Source of the DNA: Orbicella franksi
Taxonomy: Eukaryota
Direction of reading: 5' to 3'
Length of the DNA stretch: 64,000 nucleotides
Assembly (NCBI GenBank): GCA_964199315.1
Contig: OZ116707.1
Location: 1,674,001 to 1,738,000, forward strand
A program made the position numbers and the translations under genes. This document shows, in pieces, positions 1 through 12,970 of the stretch (position 1 is the first letter of the stretch; each line of letters opens with the position of its first letter). The notes beneath the pieces are model-generated. The model saw only the letters and a list, made by a program, of their open reading frames with translations, was not told the DNA's origin and made no database searches.

Positions 1-1499
1 TGTTTGATCCAATGACATAGCATCGATGATCCAATGGCATGAAATGTGATTCAATGGCATTTTTGTCCCAATTCCCCCTCCATATTTTTGAGCCTGGCGA
101 TGCAGCACGCAACAACATCTCCATCATTTTCAGCCATGCTCAGCAGTCGGTTAACTTCAAGACTACTTGGCTGAAACTGATTTGGTGGAGCCTGCCCACA
201 GCAACATAAACTTAGAGGTAAAGTTGTAACTAAAACAGCAGGCAGATGGTGCAAAAGGTACATCATTGTAGCTATAAAAACTCCGGATTATTAGTGGAGA
301 TAAATTCCGGACCAGCTGTAAGGCTCAATATATAGCGCGTGCTTTTAAAAATAGAGTTGACAAGCAATTTATTAAGAAATACATATCAGGCTCTTACCAT
401 CCAGTTACACCCCAAAACCATCAACAGTGTACGTGGACAACATTTACAACCTGAAGTCGTAGATACGCCCATACATCTCTACCTTTCAACATCATGGCAC
501 CAGTCACATTTTTTGTTTTACAAAAAATGGGACAGGTGAGGTGGAAATGGTATACCATCTTCTGTCTGGCGGGGAGCACAAGGAATGGTTACCCAGGACT
601 TAAAATGTAAAAAAGTAAAGCTACATTTTAGCGTCCAGTTAAGAAAAAATAGTTGCAAATTATAAAAATTTAGTTGCAAAGCATAAGTTAATTATTAAGT
701 AATTAATAACTCTTTGATTTTATCACCTTTCAGCAGCTTTTCTTCATGCTAATGTCTGAAAAACAGTTTCTGAATTACTTTGACGACACAATCAAGATCG
801 TAAATTACAACTTTAGATCGAATTCAAAAACATGCAATCCACACAAATAATCCTGTTAAATGATAATTTGTACTCAAGTTAAAATTCAATAAATGAAAAA
901 CAATCATTAATTGTCTCTTAATGATGGGAAATCCCTGTGACATTTTCCCTCGCTAAATACACCAAGCTCTTAATTAGTAAACATACATTGACATTTTCGA
1001 TACATTTACCTTTCTGTTCCACTTGTACCTCAAAACAGCAAAGTCTATGTTTGACTGTGAGAAATATCTTTAAAGAAGTCGAAATCAAGCCAAAACAGAA
1101 AGATATCAGAATCTTGGAACAAACTCATGTGCCACTGAAAAGCTGCCATGCTTGTTTTCAGGGTTAGCACTGGAGGCATGGGTTCATGTTTGATCGATTG
1201 TGTGCACTACCCAAATAAACCGCCGACGTAGGCAAGCTAGACAACACAGAAAATACAGGCAAACAGGAAGAAATTTCGAAATAGTGGAAATCTTCACAGC
1301 GATCAAATGTGGTGTGCGTGCACAGTTCCAGCCAAACTGCCAAACATCTTAATTTCTGGAACTCTTTATAATTGTTATCTATCTAGTTTCCAGGCTTGCA
1401 ATTTTGTTGCACAGTACTATTGTTATAATGCTTTCCTAAAAAAAGTTGCCCATTTTTGCATAATTCCTGTCAAATTCCCAGGAATTTAGAGGCTGCAAA

Positions 1500-1664
1500 A
1501 ATAGCACTTTCCACGGTTACCTTTGCTCATTTGCATTACAATAAAATCTAGCATGTATGAGGCAATTTTGGGCTATTTTGTAGTTTTAGCCTGAAATTGC
1601 CTTGCATCCACGTTGGATTACATTGTTATGCAAATGAGAAAAATTAACCATGAAAAGGGCTATT
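1500..1664. mobile_element. MITE with about 44-bp imperfect TIRs
   Basis: Left AATAGCACTTTCCACGGTTACCTTTGCTCATTTGCATTACAAT versus reverse complement of the right end AATAGCCCTTTTCATGGTTAATTTTTCTCATTTGCATAACAAT. No coding capacity. Confidence 0.75.
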
Positions 1665-1879
1665 GGAAATGACATTCAGTTTTTTGTGGTAGAAATCAGT
1701 CCCCATACATGAAGTACCTACTTGTTTATAACAGAAAGGCTATACTGGCATCTCATCGAGTAAATTGTGTTTTTTTTAAGTTGTGTTGTTTGGAACTTGA
1801 GCAGGATTTTGCCTTTACATTTTCAAATCTCCACAAGTGGGACAAAATTCTCAAATTTGTATTTCTTTATTAATTTAGG

Positions 1880-2341
1880 TGATGACTGGTTGCAAAGGTG
1901 TGACTGCTGAAGTTTTAATCGCAAATGCAGCTGATACAGTCGCAGTGTTGAACCCTGTTACCCAGGGAAGAACCATTTGTCATTATGAAAGATATGCCTC
2001 CTAGATATCCTTCCTTCCTCAGACCAGAAGACACCAAAAATGCAATGCCCAAGACCATGGAAAGGGCATTGGATCACCTGAGGTCTCGTTTAACTGGGGC
2101 TGACATGGAATGGTGGACCTCCTTTATAGCCAGAAAAAGAGAAAAGAGAGAAATGTGGGAGATGACAAAGAGAGAATACTCGGAAGCTGTGGAATCCTTT
2201 GACATCAACGCTCTTTACTTCAAACCATTGCCCCCAGACCAAGATGTTGAAGATGAAGACTTATTACAGGCTGAAGCAGCTATAGTTCAGCAATTAAGAG
2301 CGTGTCCATGTGAGAATCGACCACTCAAATTTTGGTGGTAA
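1880..2341 (+). pseudogene. Unidentified degraded coding relic, probably TE-derived
   Basis: The 118-aa ORF 1985-2341 has protein-like composition (MKDMPPRYPSFLRPE...WWTSFIARK...acidic patch). It extends upstream via a frameshift to an AG acceptor near 1880. No family recognised. Confidence 0.3.
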
Positions 2342-3263
2342 ATGGATTGCGCTCATTTTTTCTACACAAGTTGAGCTACATATGCAATGAATGGCCTTTA
2401 TTTTGCCAGATTCGCTTTCTTTATTTTTTGACAAATTTTTTAAAGGCAGTCCAAAAACCACCCAAAACCGAAAACTGAAACCTCAAATTTTGGTGGTCAC
2501 GCGATACTTGCTAAAAACTCACACATTTAACAAAACGACATATTGTTTTCAGAATTACTAGATAATTCTTTGTTCTTTTCATAGAACTAAAAACTAGTCG
2601 CTTATCTTAAATGCAAGCAAAGTTATGATTTTCTCCCCGAGCCTTCTTAAAAACGTCTTAAGCAGTTTTGGCAACACAGCATACAAACAAACAGGATTTT
2701 TTCAAAAGTGGAACCTCTACACGCATGACGACTAGCTACGTATAGCATTGACACCGTAGCGTTGCTGGGTCATGCTGCAAATGAACTTTTCCTTTTACGC
2801 AGGAAACAGATCAAACCGACCCTAAAACCAGAATATTATCTTCTTTGTAAGCTGAGATTCCAAACGCCAAGTTACTGTTTGGGGATGACCTAGCTAAACG
2901 AGCTCATGATGTTCAGGATACAAGCAAACTGGCAAACAAGCTAGGTTCGACAACTAAATTGCAACCCAGAGCTACGGGCTGCTTTGGCCAAAAATTTGAC
3001 TCCACACGTGAAAGGGACAATTCGCGCCCTTTTTTAGGGAAGGGCCAACGGCCATTTCACCAGAAAAAACAACACACCTGGCCTTCGAAAGACAATGACA
3101 AGTGCTAGCCGAGTTTGAGAGAATCAAACAAATGGTAAGCAAATTTGAAGATTTTGTACCAAGCTTAAGAGCATATTATCTCTGGTGTTGCGAACTTTAC
3201 CAAGCCGGTGGGCTTGGAAATTCCATGGAGGCTTGGAAGCAATAAACCTCCAATCAAGAAATC

Positions 3264-4237
3264 TTGAGGGACATCTCGGGTGTCCACATACCTTGCACTT
3301 ATCGACCTGAGCAACACTTAGCTGGCCTCAAAAATAACATTCTTCACATTCCTGCTATTGATACCGAAATAAGTAAAATGCTTTCAAAGGGGATAATTGA
3401 ACCCGCTATCTCTTGCAAGGATGAGATCTTATCCAGCATCTTTACTTGCCCGAAAAAAGATGGCAGCTATCGGATCATACTGAATCTTAAACAATTTAAT
3501 AAGTGGATTCCATACCAACATTTTAAGATGGACACGCTCAAAAGTATAATCAATCTTATTGAGAAAGATTCTTTCCTAGCCTCCTTGGACTTAAAAGACA
3601 CTATTCCATCCCAGTAGCACGAGATCATCAGAAATATCTGAGATTCCTGTGGTGGGGTCAGCTTTTTCAGTTCACTTGCTTGCCTAATGGACTGTCATGT
3701 TGCCCTAGAAAATTCACTAAATTAATGAAACCACCAATGACAGCCCTTCACAGATTGGGTCACATATCATCTAATTACATCGATGATCCCATCCTCCCAG
3801 GCAGAACGTACACTGATTGTGTACACAATGTTATTGATACTGTCTCTCAATTAGACCCATTAGGGTTTGTTATTCACCCCGATAAGTCAGTATTTATCCC
3901 TACTCAGGTATTGGTCATTTTAGGATTCATTATAAACACAGTCACAATGACAATTTACTTGACTGCTGAAAAAGCTACATCAGTTCAGCAGACCTGCCGA
4001 ACCCTATTAGAAAGGCAGAAACCCAGTATCAGAGATGTTGCTCAGGTGACTGGGAAAATAGTTGCTACATTTCCCGGAGTAACGCATGGACCTCTGTTGT
4101 ACAGAGCCCTTGAGAAAGATAAATTGGTCGCCCTTAAGGAAAATAAAAGCAATTTTGACAGACCTATGACGCTTTCTGAGTCTGCCAAAAATGAACTGAG
4201 GTGGTGGGTAAATGATATCTTATCAGCATTCAATTGA
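3264..4237 (+). pseudogene. DIRS reverse transcriptase (frameshifted/stopped)
   Basis: KKDGSYRIILNLKQFN, FKMDTL, LASLDLKD, LPNGLSCCPRKFTKLMKP, YIDD catalytic motif, LGFIIN. Confidence 0.95.
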
Positions 4238-4255
4238 GTTTCACACCCATCACCC

Positions 4256-4610
4256 TTGTTAATCATAACCAGTGATGCTTCCCATGTGGGCTGGGAAGCC
4301 ACTTGCGGCAACACCTCAACCAGGGGGACCTGGTCGGCTAAGGAAACCCAGTGTCACATAAACTGTCTAGAACTACTAGCCGCCTTTTTTGCCCTGAAAA
4401 TATTTGCAAAAAACTCAATGGATGAACATGTGAGGCTCATGATCGATAACACTACAGCTGTCTCTGTTATCAACCATATGGGCATTAGCCACTCACTCAT
4501 GTCATGAACTCACCAAGGAAATTTGCGCATGGTGTATACCACGGGGCATTTGGATTAGTGCGGCACACATCCCAGGGAAAGAGAATACTGTCGCTGATTA
4601 TGAATCCTAC
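4256..4610 (+). pseudogene. DIRS RNase H
   Basis: ITSDASHVGW, HINCLELLA, MIDNTTAV, and downstream AAHIPGKENTVAD. Confidence 0.92.
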
Positions 4611-4616
4611 AAAACT

Positions 4617-5030
4617 GTGGGGCCCAGTGAATGGAAACTTGACCCAACTTCCCTCGAAACTGCCCTAAAGCAATTGCAATTTCACCCAGAAATTGACTTG
4701 TTTGCTTCCAGGGTTAACTGTCAGTTCCCACGTTATTGCTCGTTCAAGCCTGACCCCACTGCAGAAGCGATTGACGCATTCGCAGTCAACTGGCATAACT
4801 TAAAATTTTATGCCTTTCCACCTTTTAGCATTGTGCCTGCAGTACTCAAGAAAATAGCATCAGACAAAGGGGAAGGGATATCTATACTACCCAACTGGCC
4901 AACTCAATCATGGTACCCCAAGGTTATGAAAATGCTCCTTCAAGCACCAATAGAACTCAAACCACGAAAGGACCTGCTGACTCTCCCCAGCGATCCCAGC
5001 TCATGCCATCCACTACACACTCGCCTCTGA
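4617..5030 (+). pseudogene. DIRS Dam-like methyltransferase domain
   Basis: PEIDLFASRVN, DAFAVNW, YAFPPFS, PNWPTQSWYP: the MT domain that follows RNase H in DIRS1-like elements. Confidence 0.9.
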
Positions 5031-5049
5031 TTACTAGTGTGCAACTTAT

Positions 5050-5928
5050 CCGGAAACAATTAACCAACACTGGAGTATCTGTAGCAGCACAGGATGTAAT
5101 TATGGCATCCTGGCGACAAGGTACGCCTATGCAGTGTAAAACCTTCCTCGCAAAATGGGAACGTTTCTGTGAAAACAACAAAACTTCCCCGCCACAAGCT
5201 ACTGTCGAAGATTGAATAGAATTCCTCACCTCCTTGTTTAATTCAGGCCTCAGTTATAGTGCCATCAACACAGCAAGATCAGCACTATCAGCGGTAATGA
5301 CAATTACTGACAACATTAGTTTCGGAGAATACCCACTGGTCTGTAGATTTATAAAAGGTGTTTTTCAACTCAAACCAGCACTTCCCGAGTACACCCACAT
5401 ATGGGATTTGACAAAGTGCCGTCTCACTTGCAGACCCTAGCTCCAGTCACTTCTCTGGACCTGAAACACCTGTCTTTTAAACTGGTGACACTACCTGCAA
5501 TTCTCACAGGACAACGATGCCAAACGATCCACAAGTTTGACTTTAATCTTATGCAGAAATTACCAGACAGGTATATTTTTGCCATAGGAGAGAAACTCAA
5601 ACATATTAAACCGGGGAAACATCAAGAACCTATTGAACTTGTAGCATATCAAGACAAACGCCTTTGTGTTGTAGAGACCATGAAACAATACATATCCATA
5701 ACAGAATCATTCCGCGATAATGCAGAACCAAAACTCTTAATAAGCTTTTGTAAGCCACATAGAGCTGTTAGCAAAGACACGGTCACTAGGTGGGTCAAAT
5801 CAACTCTTGCCAACCCTGGCACAAATGTGACTACCTTAACGACACACAGAACATGGGCTGCTTCGACTTCATATTCCGTTCATAAAGCTGGTATCAGCCT
5901 AGCGAACGTACTTAAAGCTGCTGGTTGA
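5050..5928 (+). pseudogene. DIRS tyrosine recombinase (disrupted)
   Basis: SWRQGT..W.RFC and SYSAINTARSALS (N-terminal core-binding part), LTGQRCQTI (catalytic R), LCVV, VSKDTVTRWVK, degenerate H-x-T-R (THRTWAASTS), LKAAG. Several frameshifts. Confidence 0.92.
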
Positions 5929-6020
5929 AGCAATGCCTCCACGTTTGCAAAATTACTTGTGACTGCAGGGCTTTAAAGTCTCATGTGACTACGGAGTGAC
6001 TAAGACTGGGGACAAAATAG

Positions 6021-6308
6021 AATTTAATAATTAACCAAGACTTACCTGTAAGGTGAAGTTTGATTGGAATTATATCTCGTCACCAGTCAGGAACGAAGGA
6101 GTCACATGCCCCCCCTGTAAGGACATTATTCACGTGCCCTTGTCCTATCACGTCTCCTTCCTTCCTTTGTCCTGCAGCCACGCATGTTTAAGACTGACTG
6201 ATCGCATGCACATGCTCTCTCATGTGACTCCTTCGTTCCTGACTGGTGATGAGATAGAATTCCAATCAAACTTCACCTCACAGGTAAGTCTCGTTTAATT
6301 ATTAAATT
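6021..6308. repeat. 88-bp inverted repeat: DIRS ICR paired with the right ITR end
   Basis: 6021-6108 is the reverse complement of 6221-6308 with about 5 mismatches and a 112-nt loop, directly after YR. Confidence 0.9.
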
Positions 6309-9300
6309 ATAGATAACCACCTTCGACCCTGGGAATAGGATTAGCATCCTACATATTATAGTCAGTAGTGGCTACTGTTGGCTGCCGACGACAGGGGCTA
6401 CATGCCGGAAATGAGTCCAAAGATGACAGAGTCTTGGCCATCTGAGAAATGAAGCCTGCCTGACAACTAACATACATGATGGTTTATTTAACTTTTGTTA
6501 TCTTCCTTGCTTTCAACTGATTTAATTTTTTTCTTGCAAATGTTCCTATTGTACTGTCAAATAAAGGGACCCCAATAAGAACAAAAAGTTCCTGTGTGAT
6601 CAATTGGGAAAATTGATGGGTCAACAGTTCTAGCCACACTTCAGTGATATAGAGATAAGGAATAATTGTTTGGACAATAGCCGATATACAATTGCAACAA
6701 TAACTGAAAAAGGTATGTCACAAAATATTCTTTCTTTTCAAAATGCGCTCTTTAAAAAAGTATGCATAAAGTCATTGTCCCAGAGAACAAAGAAATAAAC
6801 TAGACACTTGCTGCGTGTACCCAGGCAGTCATTATACTGAGAAGCACTAGCTATATTGCAATTGAGCTTAATGTTCTGCATTTGAAGTCGTACGAAATTC
6901 AATCGAATCAATGTGCTCAAGCTATTCTGCCTTTGATTGCACTTCATGGAATCAATCAATAGCTTATTACTAGTTTGCAGGTCTTCAGGGAGTGAAATGA
7001 GTCAAGGTCTTCATATCAGCCTATGAACGTTTCAGTCTATTTTCCTTACCCTTTGTCGTTGTTGCTGTTGTTGTTGTTGTTGTTTTTGCATTTACCAAGC
7101 GAGCGAGACATTTGGAATTTCAGATTTATGGCGGTGCATGACATTGAGTTACGAATGTGTTTGTCAAAAAACATATAGTTATCTCGTGACTTTTAGCCCA
7201 TTCAAAAGTTAAAGTATTAGGAAAAGTGCTTATGTAAATGTTTGTTTGCTCAATACAGATAATCAGTCGCCTGGATAGCCAAAGTAAGTTCCAGATGTTT
7301 ACACTATTTTCCGGCTGCAATGTTGGTTTACCGTGGAGATACACCAACATAGCGGCTCCATACTGGGCTCTGTAAATGTGTGCAAAATATTTCGACGAAT
7401 ATCTGAGGTTTGGGAAAACGCACAGACTTAAAAATTACATAAGTGTCACTTTATTAATCTCCTATAACATCAGAACTTCTTGACTTTATCCACTAAATGG
7501 ATTTCAAATAATTTTTTTATTGCATCAGGATTGCGTGACAGTGCAAGCCGAGAATTGTTTTGCTGGGGTCAACATACATTAGTTTCTTTCAGCTTAAATG
7601 TACAATAATTTGTTACATGGGTTTCATTCTTGTAAAGACACATAACTGTTACAAGAAAATAACGAGAGAATATTGTTGAGTTTGAGATTTTAACTCTATT
7701 ATACTTAACGAAGTTTCTCAGAAAGTTTTACCCAGGTGTAATTGAACAGATACATTCGCAAACAAATTCTCTAACCTCTCTGCTCTTGTTGCTCAGAAGT
7801 TCTTGAGTCCACACTGGGATTCTACTTGGTTCACGACCACATCTAAAAATACGATGACGCATCTAGGATGCTTTTTATCAGGTTGAAGAGTTGATAGCCC
7901 TGGTTGATAGCTTCATGATTCTTGATAAATTCACTCAAAATGTTCGCTTGTAAATTGATCTCATATAAGGCTTGCAGACTGACCCGTTCCAAAAACACTT
8001 AACGTCCTATAGTGTTGGTCTACCTTGAACGGTATGTTTGTTTCCATGTGATTTCATCACCCTAGAAATCATGGCATCCGTGCTAACTTTTCACGTCGAC
8101 AACTTCTGTAAATTCCACGTGCTGTACGCATGCACAGGTGACACATGCGCCTTAGAGACCAGACAGCAATTTGTGACTGAATGTGGAAAAGAAAAAAAAA
8201 AACGGAGCTGAAATTTAAACCCAGGCCTCACTGCCTGGGTAAAAAGACTTATAAATCAACATCATAAAAACATGTGGACAGCTTTCGTTATAGTCCCCAC
8301 AGAAAAACAGACTTTTCTACATATAATTGGACTTTCAAAGTTGTTAAAAAGTCCACTTATTTTGAAAATGAATAATTCTAGCTATGTGAAAGTGGTCAGT
8401 TTGCCTGATAACAACTCGTCCCATTTGAAACGAGATGGTATCAACAGGGGAGATTTTGTAAATCCTCCTATTTCATAGCAAAGTACATCTGTCTCAAAAT
8501 AACGAAATAAAGCTTGAGTATAAAAAAACTAGAGTTCTGTTGGAACAGTCCTTGATTGCACATAAGAACATAGCAAAATTTTTAGATAGAAATGGAGACA
8601 GGTGAAGATGCAATGGAGAAACAGAATATGTAGGCGACACATTTGAACAAGTGCATAAACAACTCCTTGAAAGGAAATACGGCATTGTGTTTGCACTCTT
8701 ATAGTGTCTCTCCTCACCCAGATGTAAAAATGCGTGATGGTTACAGAACAGGGGAGGCAGGGTGCAGGGTGCACCAGAGGTAACTTCAATAGGTTTGCCT
8801 CAAGAGGTTGGCTTTTATGTTTTATTCATAGCATGTTAAAGTAAAGAAAATCACTGTGAAACTACTAAAGATAAAGGGACATACTATCAGGGACACAACT
8901 TACAGTAAAGCAACAAGACTTCACCTGTAACATCAATAATATTGATGGCCTCAAAAATAGCAAGGGCTGACTAGGGTCCTTTAAGAGGACAAGAACCCAA
9001 CAATTACTGTATTATGCCTCATAGTCGTAGTTGCCTTATACATAAAAAATCTAATATTATTATAGTCCTGCACCTCTCTAGCCCCTAATGTTAGCAGGAA
9101 TAATTTCTACATGTGGACAATAATTAAATAGGAATGACAATCTCATCTATACTATTTCACAGATGCCTTTTTATTTCTATTAAGTTTTATTTTTTTTTCG
9201 TGTATTTCGTTGTGAAAGAATTAATAAACAAGATGACACTCTGTGTTATCATCACAAAATATATTAAATATGGAAAGATACAACAAATAACTATACTGCA

Positions 9301-10494
9301 ATAATTTCATTTAAGCTTATTAATTTTTGCACAATATTATTGAATCCAATCTTCCAAAGACTTACAGTCTATAATTAATAAACAACAACAGTGAGAGGTG
9401 TTCCAAATCATTAACGAGAAAAGCAAAAAATAGAAAGATATTTCTGGGTTAAGGCTTAATTCTTTCTAGTCACTTTTACACTGAGCAGTAAAAATATTGT
9501 CATCCAAATTCAATTGAACCAAACTGAGTCTACACTTTAAATACTTTACTTACCCAGTGTAAAAAAGTGACAAAAGTGGCCCATTTCTCCAGCAAAAATC
9601 ATTATTTGCATTTGATTCCACATTCGACCAACTCAAACCAACTGTGAACTTGTGAATTTTGTAATTGAAGAACCAACTTGCAAAGTAAAGTTTATCTATC
9701 CTTTTCGTACATTTGATAAAGCCAGCTATTCACATTATCTTATACACTTTACATGGACTACGCTTACTGTTACTACTGTTACTATCGAAATCTAACATAA
9801 CCCTTGCGATCAACTCTCAGTAAACATGGCCGCCAGACTACTGTTTGGAACACGTGCCTTAGTTTGGCCCCGTGACTAAAGTCTACACGACCTCATGTGA
9901 GCTACTCGTTCTCACGCGACTAACAAAAAACCAGAAAGAAAACAAATCGCCAAACTAATACTCTCCAAAATTTGAATACAGAAATTTATTATCAGGTGAT
10001 TTGAAATCACCCGAACACTTAGCAAGAAAATTCATATTTTCGTGGCACAGATGTCTCGTCTCTTTGGAGTATGGAAACCAGTTATCGGCACAAGGGTTAC
10101 TGGGAAAATCAAAATGGCGGAAACCACTGTGCCTAGTATCGATGTAACAATTTCTAGTGTTTAATTGTGAAAATGTTCAAAGTTCTGAGCATTTGTAATT
10201 TGTCACATGGAAACTAGTGAAACTTGGAAGATGTATTTCCTGCTGGTCTGATCAACAAAACCTTCTAAAAAGATTTGATTCACGGTGTAAACTGCCAGGG
10301 TCATCAAAGTTTTCTGGAACTTCACAAGTAGTTAGTGAAATTTGACAAGAAGTGTCCTTACGAAACAACTTAGCATGCGGTACTCACTATGGTATTGGAA
10401 TATTTTGACTCAGTGAGGCAAGAGAGCATCAAATCGATTGGGTCCCCAAAAAGGACTAAAATTTACACTGGAGATGCAAGAAATATCAAATAAG

Positions 10495-10867
10495 TAGTAG
10501 TATGTATACTTTATTTACCCTCGCATTGTAGAGTAGCTTTAACAGCTAATGTCTCCGAGCATTTCAGCAGCACAATGGGCAAAGACCACACCACAAACAC
10601 CGGGAACTTCGTGACCTGCTCTTTACGATGAGTGTGTGGGTTCTTTAATGTCCCCTGCTGACCATAACAGTGAAGATGCAGGAGACGGGGCTACGGTTTA
10701 TCGTCCTTATCCGAGAAGACTAGAATATCTAACCATTTGCAGATGTCATTGCAAACACAGCATATTTTCCTCAGTTATTTTAAAACCCTGAGTGTTGGTC
10801 CGGTCTGGGACTCGAACCTGAGAACTCTCGCACGGTAGTCCGAAGCTCTACCAACTGAGCTAACCAG
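10495..10867 (-). mobile_element. tRNA-derived SINE (Nin/Deu-domain-like body)
   Basis: Minus strand starts CTGGTTAGCTCAGTTGGTAGAGC (A box)...GGTTCGAGTCCC (B box), then GGATAAGGACGATAAACCG...TTAAAGAACCCAC, ending in a TAAATAAAGTATACATACTAC tail. Confidence 0.8.
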
Positions 10868-10920
10868 TGTTGTGGTAATTCTTTCTTTAATAGTATTTAT
10901 TTTTTAATGGTTTGAAATCT

Positions 10921-11146
10921 GGCCCGGGTTGTTCAAAAGCTGGGTAGCGCTAACTCAGATAATATTTTTTGTGTGTGCAGAAATATCTTTCACTCTTTAT
11001 AGTTGTGTAGTTTTAAAATGAATCAACTCAAAACTAAAAGACAAACTACATAAACAGAAAACTAGAACAAAAAGTTACAAAACTGAAAGTAATAAAAATT
11101 CTCTCTAATCCTGGGTTAGTTTAATTAGGCTTTGAACAACCCGACC
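10921..11146. mobile_element. MITE (GGCCCGGGTTGTTCAAA termini, possibly PIF/Harbinger-type)
   Basis: GGCCCGGGTTGTTCAAAAGC ... GCTTTGAACAACCCGACC inverted termini. Confidence 0.7.
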
Positions 11147-11279
11147 TTGGATATTTGAGACTGTGGTGACTTAATTATATACCAGTATTGGTACAATACT
11201 GGGTTATTGGAAAAGATATATGGAAAGACTGTTGCTAAGTTTAAATTTATATCACCCAAGTGAAATAAGGTCTCCTCAA

Positions 11280-11420
11280 GTAAGTTGCCTTAACTCGCCT
11301 TAAGTTGCCTAAAATTACCTTAAGTTGCCTAAAGTCGCAATGCTTTTCTTGCCAATTTTGCCTGAGAGCCTAAAGGTGCCTTAAATCGCCCAAAGACGCC
11401 TTAAGTTATGCCGACTTAAG
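11280..11420. repeat. Degenerate short tandem repeat (about 10-bp AAGTTGCCTT-like unit)
   Basis: taagttgcct taactcgcct taagttgcct aaaattacct taagttgcct aaagtcgc. Confidence 0.7.
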
Positions 11421-11861
11421 GTTCCACAGTAGGCCTTTTCAGGGAGCAAGCTATAGATCAAATTTTACAAAAAAGGACACATAAACAATTCACAAAAAAA
11501 ATAATATTGGCACTTCAAGCTTCGTGCAAAACAAAACAATGCATTTTAGAAAATAACAATTAATAGCTAATATACAAATAACAATTCTAAAAGAAAAATA
11601 TAGCGATTTCACATTTCACAAGTAATACAAAGGATTCATCATAGTTCACAATAATACCCATTTTCACCTCCATAAATGTAAAGTGAGACTAATTTGCAAC
11701 TCAGAACCACAAGAGAAAATCAATACCTAATATATTAAAGTGCAAGAATACCTGCAACATCATTTCTAATATGACAAAACAGACAAAACCTTCAATTAAA
11801 ATATGTATCAATTTTTGTAATTAATTTTGACCATTTTGTTAAACTATATCTAAAACTCAAC

Positions 11862-12970
11862 ATTGCACAACCTACAATTTTAAGTACAAGTAACAGCAGC
11901 ATAAATTACTGATCTTGTTTTAGATCATGATGCCCAGATGACAACACGACACCAGCGTAAGTACATCTGTTGTTTTCAATAAAATCTACCGAAATCAAAT
12001 AATACAGATATTTTTCAACTTTACATGTTGAAAATTGGCTTCTAAACATTACTGTATATAGTTCTGTATATTATCAATACACCTCCCATGAAAGAAATGT
12101 TTCATCACAACCCAAGCCCAACATTGTAATACTTTCAATTATGCTTCATAAATTTTCTTAAACTCTGTACCCCTCAAGAACCCTCCTTGCACCAAGAATT
12201 TCAAATCCCTTCTGTGGCACAAATACGGACTATTGCACAACCTACAATTTTAAGTACAAGTAACAGCAGCATAAATTACTGATCTTGTTTTAGATCATGA
12301 TGCCCAGATGACAACACGACACCAGCGTAAGTACATCTGTTGTTTTCAATAAAATCTACCGAAATCAAATAATACAGATATTTTTCAACTTTACATGTTG
12401 AAAATTGGCTTCTAAACATTACTGTATATAGTTCTGTATATTATCAATACACCTCCCATGAAAGAAATGTTTCATCACAACCCAAGCCCAACATTGTAAT
12501 ACTTTCAATTATGCTTCATAAATTTTCTTAAACTCTGTACCCCTCAAGAACCCTCCTTGCACCAAGAATTTCAAATCCCTTCTGTGGCACAAATACGGAC
12601 TATTGCACAACCTACAATTTTAAGTACAAGTAACAGCAGCATAAATTACTGATCTTGTTTTAGATCATGATGCCCAGATGACAACACGACACCAGCGTAA
12701 GTACATCTGTTGTTTTCAATAAAATCTACAGAAATCAAATAATACAGATATTTTTCAACTTTACATGTTGAAAATTGGCTTCTAAACATTACTGTATATA
12801 GTTCTGTATATTATCAATACACCTCCCATGAAAGAAATGTTTCATCACAACCCAAGCCCAACATTGTAATACTTTCAATTATGCTTCATAAATTTTCTTA
12901 AACTCTGTACCCCTCAAGAAACCTCCTTGCGCCAAGAATTTCAAATCCCTTCTGTGGCACAAATATGGAC
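11862..12970. repeat. Tandem array, 3 x 370 bp
   Basis: Units start at 11862, 12232 and 12602 (ATTGCACAACCTACAATTTTAAG). Copies 1 and 2 read identical, copy 3 has about 4 substitutions. Confidence 0.97.

Larger units (their letters stand above)
2720..6308 (+). mobile_element. DIRS1-like tyrosine-recombinase retrotransposon, 5'-truncated and degraded
   Basis: Order gag C-term (SIDTVALLGHAANEL..KQIKP..LLFGDDL, 2745-2940), RT, RNase H, MT, YR, ICR/right ITR. No left ITR seen upstream. Confidence 0.95.

Noticed and set aside
4617-5030. Bacterial restriction-modification methylase
   Set aside because: Its position between RNase H and YR is the known DIRS1-like MT domain.
10790-10867. tRNA gene
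   Set aside because: A and B boxes are present but there is no proper acceptor stem, and it runs directly into a SINE body. The same applies to 44170-44239.
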